Assembly: GCA_030704615.1 (NCBI GenBank)
Contig: CM060733.1
Span: 35,774,001 to 35,838,000 of the forward strand
Direction: 5' to 3'
Source: Takakia lepidozioides
Taxonomy: Eukaryota; Plantae; Bryophyta
DNA: 64,000 nucleotides
The notes under the pieces were generated by a model, which was given only the letters and a program-made list of their open reading frames with translations, did no database searches and was not told the origin of the DNA. Below, piece after piece: positions 37,504-49,700 of the stretch; the first letter of the stretch is position 1, and each line of letters opens with the position of its first letter. The position numbers were made by a program, and so were the translations under genes.

Positions 37504-40500
37504 CTTTTTAATAGGTCGAAGCTTTTGTTTTTTTTTTAATTTTGTTTTTTGCATCATACTGGAGGACAAATCCCTTGTCATTAAAGCTTCAGGAGGGGGC
37601 CCCATCAGATTAGATCATGCAAAAATTAGGTGAACTGCAAATTCAAAGTGACCCCATTCAGGTCGCTTGGGAACTTAAGGGTTAATCTTTCCCCCTCCTC
37701 AAGGGCTTGGATTGTGGGCTGTCGCTCCCAAATTTCCTTAAATAAATAAATAAATAAAAACCCCTCAAGGACCTAAATTGTGGGCTGTCAGGTTTTCTTT
37801 TATATATATATATGCGAGATCTGAAGAGGCATTGTTTGGGTTATATGACATTTAAGGAATGGTACATATGTAACATTTGTTTTAGCGGTGATTGGAGCTT
37901 TCTTATAACTCAAGGCTCCCTAACAACGCAACAAAAAGAGAAAAGACTTAGCACATAAAGGCTATGAAGGCACATAAAGGCCCTTATATACCGATTAGAT
38001 ATACCCTTCATTTTTAACATTTATACCCTTCCGGAAAGTAGGGTATGTGAGACGTCTCGAGCAGGGTAAATATAAGGAGAAGGGGTAATCATAAAAATAT
38101 ACCCTGATATAAGGGTATACATCCGGGTACCTAAACTTGGCACACCAGGGTATATATATATCAATATACCCTGATATACCCGGCGGGTATATCAGGGTAG
38201 TTCATATACCCGCCCAACACTGGATATTACCTTGAGAAGCATACGAGGAAGTAGTTTTCAGCCAAGGAGAGGAGGTAACGCCTGAGGCACAAGAGGGGCT
38301 TAGCCATCTTTTGAGCCCTAACCCTAGATTGAGGACCAGGTGAAGAATCAAACCTAAGACCATACGAGGATGGGTAATTCTCCTTATTGCCCGAGCTAAA
38401 ACCAGGGCTTTGGGCCGGGCATTGAAAAGCCAATACTCTTGTGCCGGTCATTTGCAAGGCAAGAGCATCCCCACTCTATGCCCGTGCATCCGTACTTCTC
38501 GTATACATGTTCGACTTGCCTCCAAACGTACCCACACCCTTGGCCCCCAACCGTATACGTTGTTCAGGGCGGACAATGAACCGCCTCTCTTTCGGTGGAT
38601 CCACGCACGATATTCAGCATCCTGAACCCTTCCCGCAACCGAGTTTACAATGGATATGTCATAGATGCAGAAGAAGCGTGTGAGAAGCTTATGAGAGCAT
38701 ATGAGAACTTCGTGGGAACTCCAGCAAGGCAGGAACATCGGATACGGGGTGTAATGAGGGGCAAGGGTGTGGCTACGAGCAACCGACTCCTTCAGAGAGA
38801 AATGAAATGAAATGGTGCTTTATAACGTCCGCGGAAAGCTCATAGAGCTTATGGGACAAAATGGAAGAAAACATGAGAGGCCGGCGTAACTAAGAGCCCA
38901 CCCATTCACACACCTTTCAAGAGTCCGGAACCAAACTCTTCAAAATAAGCATAGAGGGGCCATTCCAGTCAAAAGGGTGGGGATGCTCTTAAAGACCGCC
39001 AGGCTTCACTACACCTACCAAAACTACCAAGGGAGTAACCCCAAGCTGATCCATGAGAGAGATGATAGAAAACCTTATAAGTAGTACAAACACGACACCT
39101 ACCAGCATCGCTTAAAAGAAGATCTGTCATGAGGTTGTACCTCTCTTGTTACGGATGTGGGCCCATCAGCTCACACACTACACTACTACTGGATTCCATC
39201 CCTTATTAAATATCTCCCACTCCGAGAAACCCAGTTAGGTGCACAATATGACTATAGTGATCGTAAGCTTCGGCCGGTAACTTCCAAATGCTCATACTTG
39301 CAGCTAAAAGATGTACTCCCGTGGCCTCAAGTACCAAAAAGAGCCCCGACCCTAACTGACACTTGACCTTAAGACTGAGGCGGCAGCCACTGGTGCCAAA
39401 AGCTCCACACAATCTAGCACCCTGTCTGCAATCTTCAAAAGGTGGGTCCTACTAGCCTTGCTTGAGTGGCCACGCTGCAAGTTGCGGCGCAAAGCTCTAA
39501 ATTCGGACAGTCCTGGTCCAGTCCTGGTCAACGTCACACTTCAGCCGAAATTTTGTGTGGAGCACTTCAGGCTGTTCAGCCGCCATGCACATAATTCCGT
39601 TCAGGACTTCTTATGATTGCATGCAAACAACAAAAAAAGTGCAACGGCACCAATTAACAAAGAGTACAGCCTTTTATACTGGGCAGCCCATACGGGGCTC
39701 CACTTCCGAGGTACCTGCTTTGGGCCTTGGAAGTTGGCAATACCTTTCCAGTATGGCTTTGGGCTTTGTGCCTGTCAATCGATTATCCTCTTACTAGCAT
39801 TCTTTTGGGGCCTATTTAGCCTTCCAGGTAGAGTTCAGGGCTCTACCCAACTAATCTGATTTGGGTAGGACTCAATTTCGGTTAGTAGGGCAGTCCTTTC
39901 ATCATTGTAGTGCCACAGTGTAACGTACCTCCATATCTGTTTTTAGAGTTTTCCACCTGTTGTGCCCCTGCAGAACTTATTCCCATCATTAGCCTCACGA
40001 GGTTCAATATGATGTACCTCAAATTTGAGGTATGGGCGTATGGGCTCATTACTATCACACATGTAATGTCATAAACTCCCACCCAAATACGCATAGTCTA
40101 GTGTATGTAAACATGTAAATCCTTTTTATGATATTTGCCCAATCCGATTAGTCATTTTTGGGCTCCTGGTCCTGCAAACAGTCTACCGTAATCCTGCTCC
40201 ACTATGCAGGAAGGACAGAGATTCAGCGGAGGTGACGCACTTGAGGGTCAGCCCATGAATTGACAGTGTCCCGTCAATTGTCCCGGTGCGCACTTGATGT
40301 GTCCCCCGAAGAGTTCCAAATCCGAAACTACAAGTAGCTCCAGAGAGATCTCCACTCTCCTAGATCAGCCCATACTACGTCTACCGTTGTTGAACAGAAG
40401 AATATCCACCCTTCTCTCAACACTGTTTCCTCCTGAGCTTCTACTAGATGTTCGTAGACGTGCCCTGCAGCCCTTCTCTAGCAGTGAGGTTTGATGGGTG

Positions 40501-40733
40501 AAGAACTAAAGTGCTTGGTGCGAAGGTGATGTTATTTCTGCGGTGCAGTAAGATGTGTGGTTTTGATTTTGGTTTCTTCAACAGTGAGTTGAGCTTGATT
40601 CATCCTTGGAGAAGAGTGAAAATGAGGTAATCGTTGTTTTCTTCAGCAGTGATTTGAGCTGATGACTGGCAGCTACAATGAAAAATGAAACTTCGTGAGA
40701 ACTTTGGAAAGAGCGAAAGGACCTTCCTTTGCG

Positions 40734-43700
40734 ATGGAGACGATGATCGAGCGGCGATGGCTGCCGCTTTGTTTCCAGAAGAGAACGAACCCGTTGAGGA
40801 TGGCAGGAGTTCGCGCTTCAATCCTGCTAATGGGCTGGATCCTGGCAGCAGCTGTTGGTTTGGTTTTGTACAGAGCCGCACTGCAAGCGGAGCACGAGGA
40901 ATCCCAGCTCAGATGTATGAACCGGAAAGAGGTACTGTCAGTTGACTCCTTGAAGAACTCCTCTGGGAAGTTCAGTTTTGACATCTCAACTGTTCTTCAA
41001 ATGAGTATTGTTAAAGAAAGTTGAGATTTGTCAGCTTCTTTGCCCCAACTCGATTCGATGACCCTTCTCAGAGTTGGCATATCATTAATTCTGGTAGTTG
41101 TCAGAAAGAGTGGAAACGGTAGTGAACATGGGAAGCATGTATCCGGAGTTTGCAAGATGATCACATGGAACAGTGCCCAACCGTTCATGGGTCTCCGTCT
41201 CTGTCTTCCAGCTCTTACACGAAACAGACCAATTTTTTGGGGTATGAGCCTCCGAGATGAAGCATCTTGTCATCTTGGACTTCTTCAAATCGAACTTCTA
41301 TTTTCTGCCAGTGTGAAGTGTGTATTTTACTTGCCGTACGCATGTAAACACAGCTGAGACTCGCATGGTTTGGCGAAGTCCAGCTGGATTGATGAATTTG
41401 GCACTTCCCCTACTGGGGAATCATGGTTTTAAGAGTTTACAAGTAAGACGCAGATTTTGTTTTTTCGCAGATGGAGTTTTCTATAAAGTTGCAGGACAAA
41501 TGCACTGCCCCACGTATAGTAATGCAGCTTAAACATGCTCAAGCTGCAGAGCTCAGTGCCCTTCAAAACTTCTCGCTTGAAGGGTCCTTGAATGTCTGCT
41601 TTATGTGTTGTCGGTTTTGGGAGTCAGGTCCTCCAAAAACGTGGTGGAAGAGAAGGTGGCAGCATTGCCCAATGGTGGGGTGCTGCTGCTGGAGAATGTA
41701 AGGTTCTATCCGGAGGAAGAGAAGAATGTCCTCATTACTGTCACAATTCCTCGAGGGAATTCACTTACTTATTCTCGGGTGCCATAATGACTCTTGCAGG
41801 CACTGCGGTCAGAAATTGAGAACTGTGTCAACTCCTCCTTCATGATATTGGGGTTCATGGCCAGTGTTCCAAGCATGACTGAAAGCAACTGGCTCACTTT
41901 TACAGAACAGACACTCTTTCTCAGGCCCAATGTGCGAAGGCTTGTCTACTTGCAACGAGTGCTCGACACTGAAAGGGCTGCTTTTGAGAAGAAAATGAAC
42001 AGGTCCATACTTCAGACAGACAACACTATGTCAAACAGATTTGTGCGGACGGTGGCTGCAGAGTATACTCCAATCATCTATGAAACTCAAGATTTGAATT
42101 ACTCTATGGTGGACTTCTCATCCTATGCACTTTTCAATCAGACCCTTTATAGAACTCGGACAACAGGCGCGTTTGCTTTCACCCCGCCAGCTTCAAGTAC
42201 AGGGATTTGGCGCATAGGGGCATATCAGGCTTATTACGGGGGCACTGATGTCCAGTCGTTGACGACTGCTCAATCTAGGGAGGAGGCTTGTCAGGGCTAT
42301 GTAGGGACAAGTCTGGAGGTGCAAAAGGTGTTTCATGCAGTGCTTTCAAGGTACATAAATTCCACCTTCTGCACATCTATATCACCACTAGGAATTCGAG
42401 AATGAAAGCATCTTCTTTCTAAAAATAAGGTCCCCAATTGGGAAGACGAAAATATTTTTAGGGAATTGTGGAGTCCTTTAGATTCCCATTGGCTGCATGC
42501 AGGTGATTCTTGTTGAAAATCTACACTTTTGATATCTAGCACTATTACTCCACCATGTAAATTTTCTTTGAATGGCCTTTCTGTTCAGGTTTCAAGACGT
42601 TGGCATGGATGTCACGGTAATATATGTGGTTAATCAGTCTGCGAGCTTACCCTGGTTTTATAATTGCAGTGACTTGGCTGTCTGCACACTAATCCTCTAT
42701 GACAGTGCATCAAAGGCAAGTGAACCACCCACTGTGGTTGTACCATGGGCCTACGATTCTTGGAACCATTCCTTGGAAGTGCGATGTTATGCAAAACAGA
42801 ACATCAAGCTGTATGCTGTACGAAGTGTAATTGCATGGCCACTGCTTATGATCATATTGATACTGCTATGTGCTGTTATTGTATATTTGGTTCTCAAGAG
42901 AATGGAAGCCATTAAGGGGGATGTGGTTATTATCGAGAAGATGAACATTGATTTGAGAGCTGCCAAAGTTGCTGCTGAAGCTGCAGACAAGGCCAAGTCC
43001 AGTTTTCTTGCCACTATTTCACATGAGATCAGGTAGTGGTTTTGCACTGTGTCATGATAGGGTGTTCAGCCTGTACAGGGATGAAGGATATTTTGCCTTA
43101 AGTTTTTGTTCCTAATTCTGGTGCTGTTTTCATGGCTGCCATTTGATGATTTTAATGAGAGGGTTAATTTGTGGATTTCAGCCATGAATGTGGGTTTTGG
43201 ACTCTATATGAAGAGAGGCTGGATTAATCCTGAGTTGATTTCCTGGCCTTGTTATAGGTTATTACCTGTGTATGGGGATAAAGGCACAAGAAGAACCCAT
43301 ACAACAATGTTCAATGTCTCCATCCCCTCCCAATGGCCAAACATAAAAGCTCCCCAGGTCATGGTAGCAGTAACTGTATGGCCAACCGCTTAGTCTGTTG
43401 GCAAGGTTTGTATGTGATTGCTTGCTTGTTTCTTACACTGTGCTTGTATGCTTGGGCTGTTTGGTGGGTGCAGGACTCCCATGAATGGAGTAATAGGTGA
43501 GCATTCTGAATTTTCTTTCTCAAATGCTACATGTATGTCTTGAAAATATCGTTAGTCTGTGTTGAATGGTTTTCTCATCAACGACATTGTTATAGTTGCT
43601 CAGGATCTTGGAGACATACCGTTGTAACAAGATTGAAAGGGTGCACTGGTCAAAGTACTGTAGCTCCATCCCCAGTATTCCATCCATCAGATGCTCTGGG

Positions 43701-46700
43701 AGCTTTGCTTGGTCTTCACTGTTTGAAGCTGTCGGCTTGAGATATCTTAAGTTTGGAATTACCAAACAATAGAGAATTGAGTTGCACATTGTAATCCTCC
43801 GTGGTCATGCTGAAGTACCTCTACTAGCCTGACTTTAGATTGCACAACGTGGTAGAAAAGCTGTTGCATGAGCCCTCGAACAGAGTTCAATCACTTGTTT
43901 CTGTGACAGAAATGGCAGCATTTTGTATCATGCTGGAGGCAGCTGATTTATATTAGTGCAAATGGATGCTTGCTCAGTGAGTCCTCCTAAAGCAACCTTC
44001 GGAACACTTAAAATTAATGGATGGTTTCACTGTCGGTTTTCTGGGCAGGAATGACGAACTTGCTGATGGACACAGATTTGACACCCCAGCAGCTGGATTA
44101 TGTCAAGATTGCCCAAGCCAGCGGAAATTCACTCGTGTGAGTAAACTCATTCCCCGCACCATTCATTGACATCCCAACACCTTGGACCATGTGGTCGATT
44201 ACAGGCTGTGCTTTTCTTGTGGCCAAAATTGTGATATGAGGCAGAATGGCCCTGGATATTCCTTGCGTGCCACCCAAATCTTGGGCAGCACTGCTGGCAT
44301 GTACCTGCCTATGGGGGGTCGGTCGTATCTGTGGCCCCATGGGGCTAGCTGGTGGGGGTGGCCCTTTGGATAAGCCCTGAAAAACAAGGGTGCAGTGCAG
44401 AATTACAGGTCTTATAAGGGAAACCCTCATCTGAAGGCATTTCCTTAATCAACAGTTTAGGAGGGCCTTCCCAACTTGATTGACAAGACTGGGTTTGTCC
44501 AGTTTTCCCTAAAACACCCCCAATTTTTCCCCAAAACCAAGAAGGTGGCAAAGCCCAGAAATGCAGTTTCTGGACCCCCTCCAGGACACTACAAAGGAGG
44601 TATACCAAAATCTTGTCCAAGATGAAGGTAGGGGATGTAGTTACAAACATGATTCAACGGTCAAGTTTTGTGAATCTTAGCATGTTCTTAGTTATGAATA
44701 AAAAGGTGGCCAGAGGTGCAGATTTTTGCAGTCAAGGATGAAAACAGCTGTAGCACTTTAGAGCTATAGACTGATTTCGCAAGGTTCAATGGTTACAAAG
44801 ATGCAGTCCTGGAAAGCTTTTAAAATTCCATCTCATTACGTCACAGAGGGCAAGTTCACTATACGAATACAATCCCCCCATGCTGTCATTTCATCTCAAT
44901 GTTAAAATCTGAATTGCCGCGTAATATTTCAACTTCTGTGGCAGTGCCCTTGTGAATGATGTACTAGACCTGTCAAAGATTGAGGCGGGCCGAATGGAGA
45001 TAGAGTCTGTTCCCTTTGATGTAAGGGCCGAGGTGGATGATGTGCTCTCTCTATTTGAGGAGAAACTTCACCAGAAGCAGCACCTTGAAGCAGCTGGGCT
45101 CATCCATGACACTGTGCCCACGTGTGTTATTGGGGATCCTGGACGACTTCGTCAGGTAATTTAATTTTGTTCTCATCACTGTCTGTTGCAGTGGAATGTG
45201 AAAGAGTGCTAGGAAGTCCTGTGGACTAGCTTTCTTGGATGTCAGATCTTCCAGATGGCGCGTTGACGTTATAAAGTACCATTTCATTTCATTTCATTTG
45301 CTGTTCTTTGCGGCATGAGCAACCAAAAGAGCAAGAAAAAGAGTGACGGAGGATCACCTCTATTACCAGGCACAAGACACAAATATAGATATGGAAATGA
45401 AATGAAATGATACTTTATAATGGCCGTGGAAAGCTCAAAGAGCTTATGGGACAAAATGGAAAAAAACATGAGAGAGAAAAATACATGAGAGGAAACAAAT
45501 CCAGAGCCAAAAAAACCACTGCTCGAGGGATTGGCTAAGGGTGAAGGCCTCGTGCAGGTAAGCTGCCAAGCATTTCTGATCCTCATAGTGGAAGACTTCA
45601 GTGAGAGATTGAGTTCTGCGGAATAGACAGTGGAATCTCCCCCGGATCTCGTAATATAGAGGGCAATAAAAGAAGAAGTGTTCTTCAGTTTCAATTTCCC
45701 TGGTTGCGCTCTGTGCAAGCTGGAAGAAGGCCATGTTGTTTGGGTTTGTAAGTCTCTCTCCTGAGGCACAGAAAAGTGACAAATTTCAGAGTGTCCAAGC
45801 GGAGGAGCTGGGTTCTGATGAGCATGTTATGACATGATACTGTTCGTGGTGCATTGCAGGTTTTGATCAATTTGGTTGGCAATTCTATGAAGGTGAGAGG
45901 CATGTAGCTATTTTCAGTTCGTATTCTTTTGAGACTTCGTGAGATTTGGAGCGTTTCAGAGCCCAGAGTTGCTGTGGCAGTTTGTAGTAGCTTCTAATGA
46001 CCTGGAAAACTGCATGGGTGGTGTTTTTCCTTGTAGAGGCCAGCAACCCTTAATGATGCCAACACCACAGGGAGTACTGGAGTTTAGTCCTTCTGCACTG
46101 AGATGTAGTAGGTCGTGCTGCAGGAAGTTGAGATAATGGTGACAAATATTTTTGTCAGCGAGATTTGCTCACCCGGCAGGGCTAGAAGCTCATATTTTCA
46201 CCTCCTTTGGTGCAGTTTACAAAAGAAGGGAGTATCTTCTTGTGTGTACGCCTTGTTGATGACAACCAACCAGACGTAGGTCAACCTCTGCCAGTGGAGA
46301 CACCCATTCAAAATGAGAACTTCCAGGATCTGGGTGCCAGGGAAGTCTGCCAGTCTCAGGTAGTGGCCACATCACCGGATGTGAGCATCTGGCAGCACCA
46401 TTGCAGTCAAAGTATGGACAGGTGTATTATTGTTGAAAGTCCAAGTGGAGTTGCAAGTGCTGAAAACTTTAGACTAGCTAGTTCAAGGTGGCAAGGCTCA
46501 GATTTGGTGGCACCAAGGTTAAGCATGCAGACACAGAGTTCAAGCAAGGAGACTATCTCAAAGTGGAGGGGTTGGAAACCAATGGCACATACCGAGTCTA
46601 CTAGCCCAAAAGTTACTCTTATCATTTCCGTTGAGGATACAGGTACATTTTGCAGAGCCCAAGTTCCAGTTGGCATACATAATGTGGTTGTCTAGGGTTT

Positions 46701-49700
46701 GGGAGGCTACAAGAGAACGCAGGTAAGAAGAAAACAAAAACTATACTTATGTATGCTCTGTGTTGTTTTCCTCCTTACAGAATTTTTTTGATCAAGAAAG
46801 AAGAAATAAAATGGTACTTTATAACGTCCGCGGAAAGCTCAAAGAGCTTATGGGACAAAATGGATAAAAACAAGGGAGAGGGGATAAAACCAGAGCCAAA
46901 AAGCAGCCCAAAAGCAACTACTGCTCAAGGGATTGCCTAAGGGTCAAGGCCTCGTGCAGGTAAGCTGCCAAGCATTTCTGATCCTCATAGTGGAAGCCTT
47001 CAGTGAGAGTTCAAGTCCCACGGATTAGACAGTGGAATCTCCCACGGATCTCATAATACAGAGGGCAACAAAAGAAGAAGTGTTCTTCAGTTTCAATTTC
47101 CTGGTTGCGCCCGGTGCAGGCTGGGCATAGGCGGTCCTACCGTTGCAACTCTACCAATCTCTGTCAATAGATTGTGGGAGCCCACCCTGAACAGCCCCAA
47201 TGCCCTCAGGAGGGAAGGAGATGAACGCGCCAAAAGGTAATTGGACCGCATGATTCTATCATCACGGAAAATCAAAATGTCTCTCGATAGAAATAGAGTT
47301 TTGTTGTGAGATTGGTTAGCTTCGAAGTTCTCCTGACATGTAGTTCCATAAGTTCTATTCTAATGAGTCTGTTGCGATTTCCACCCCTTCTGGATTTTGT
47401 GGCAATAGCGAAGCAATAGAGAGTCCATTGAGCTCAAAGAAACTGCACACTCGAGCATACCAGGAGTGCTTGAAACCTGCTGTTTTGAGACTAATAGATG
47501 TTGCGATGGCTCTTGCCACGAGCCCCTTGGGTGGAAGGGCTTGTAACCTTGTAAGAAAGATTGTAAGCCAGAAGACGGCCTCAGTTTGAAGTGGCACACA
47601 AGAAAACTCTGCACATAGGATGTGAGATGGAGTTGTGCCTCTGGCGCCAAGCATTGCTTGGAGAAAAGATGACTGCAACGGTTCCAGATTTTTTTTCCAC
47701 CAGGAAACTGGGACACCAGGTGCCCAGAACTCACAACCATAAGTGGCGGCCAGGGTGACAACGGTGTCAAATAGCCACTTTTTGGTTGGGGGGTGGTGCA
47801 GATGTATCTATGTGCATTTGGCCTGAAGGCGGATGGAGGCAGCCTTGAATTTGGGAGAGTGGATAACCAGACCCAGGTATTCGTATGATTTGTCAATCTC
47901 AATTTCCTGTTGGTTGAAGATGAATCTGCGGTCCGCCTGGCCATTGAACACCATGATCTTAGTTTTGCTAAGATTAACCTGCAACCCATAGTCTTTGGAG
48001 AACTCTTCCAAGATGTGAAGATGGCGTTGTAGGAAGACAGGAGATTGTGCCAAGAGGGCAACATCACCAGCATAGAGGAGTGCTGATTGCGTTGGTCCCC
48101 CATCCAACGGCACTCCAACTCCATGGTTTTTTGAGATGTAACCCTCCAAAGCGTCAATGTAGATCCCGAAAAGGGTAGGTGAGAGGGGGCTGCCCTGTTT
48201 AACCCAATGTTGCTATGCACCTCTACTGAAAATTCCCCCGCACGTTGACCATGCCAATGACAATCTCGTACATGGATAAGATGGCATATATGATGTCCGG
48301 AGGGACTCCCATCCTAGAAAGTAAGAAAGCAATTCTATATCGTCCATGGGAGGCCATTAGGGCCCATGCAACAGGGTAGGACAAATGAAATGAAATGGAA
48401 TGGTGCTTTATAACGTCTGCAGAAAGCTCATAGAGCTTATGGGACAAAATGGAAGAAAACATGAGAGAGGAAACAAAACCAGAGCCAAGAATAAAAGCTA
48501 TTGCTTGAGTGATTGTCTAAGAAAGAAGAGATTATGTCTGGGGGACTAAATGGTAGAACCGTTGAAAATGACAGCTGAGATTAATCCCCAAACTTTGCAC
48601 GAGGGCAGGATGCTGCTGGTAAGGTGCTCAGGAACTTCATGGGGAACTAGGGGCGTTTCACATTATATTACACAAGAAAGACGAGAGAGGTCCAAGGGAC
48701 TTGAGTAGAGTAATAGGAAATGAAATGAAATGAAATGGTGCTTTATAGGAAGAGAGAGACTCTGTTGGGCATGATTTTAGCTGTACATTTCCTGGTGTGT
48801 GTGAACACTACTCACTAGATGTATCAACAGAAAATTTGTCAAGGACAATATCCAATTACTGTTTGGAAATCTGGTTGCAGGTATTGGCATCCCCTTGCAT
48901 CTGCAGAATCGTCTATTCCAACCATTTCTACAGGCGGACAGCAGTACCTCAAGGGAATATGGGGGTACCGGTATTGGCTTATCTATCTCTCAGGTAACTG
49001 TAGCCATTATTTTGGAGCAGTGTGATTCTTATCCGACGATGATTTCCAAGACTTTTACTGACTTTCATGAGGTCATGGGTCGGTTGGCTGTTGCAGAAAT
49101 TAGTTCATTTAATGAACGGACAACTCACACTTTCTAGTCAGTTTGGAGAGGGAAGCGTGTTTGAGTTTACACTCGAACTATCCCAAGGTGGAAACTCGGA
49201 TAACGAGCCGAGTGTAATTTGCAACTCTCAGTCTCCAGAGGAACAGCTGAGAGGAATCAGAGTTTTAGTAGTTGACAAGCATCCCGTCCGACAGGTGATA
49301 ACACTCACATGTATGAAGAGGCCTTTGATTGCTAGTCTTCCTTTTTCTGATCCGTGGGAGATTCCACTGTCTATTCCACGGAACGCAATCTGTCACTGAA
49401 GTCTTCCACTATGAGAATCAGAAATGCTTGGCAGCTTACCTGCACGAGGCCTTCACCCTTAGACAATCACTCGAGCAATAATTTTATTTTTGCTCTGGTT
49501 TTGTGTTTTCCTCTCTCATGTTTTCTCCTCTCTCCGGGGACGTTATTGTTGGAAAACCACTGGTGTGTGGTCGGGGTAGGGATTGAACCTAGGACCTCCC
49601 CCATTCCGGTGGGGTGCTCTACCGCTGAGCTACCCGTCCCATTCTGTTCTCAATGTGCCGTGCAAGGGCTATAACCTTGACACTCCAACAGTTATAAAGC

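Larger units (their letters stand above)
20161..37681 (+). mobile_element. ~17.5 kb DNA transposon: TTAA TSD, 17-bp TIRs, internal long inverted repeats, Mutator-like transposase and ZnF-Ulp1 gene
   Basis: TTAA (20157-20160) then ccctcaagttcccaagc. Right end gcttgggaacttaaggg then TTAA (37682-37685). TIRs match at 16/17. Inner inverted repeat 20741 onward vs up to 37503. Confidence 0.8.

Noticed and set aside
38227-39560. Short ORFs or possible retroelement remnant
   Set aside because: No diagnostic motif could be identified.
49575-49640. Functional tRNA gene
   Set aside because: It has an irregular anticodon loop and an acceptor mismatch, and lies inside a TG..CA element with a TSD.
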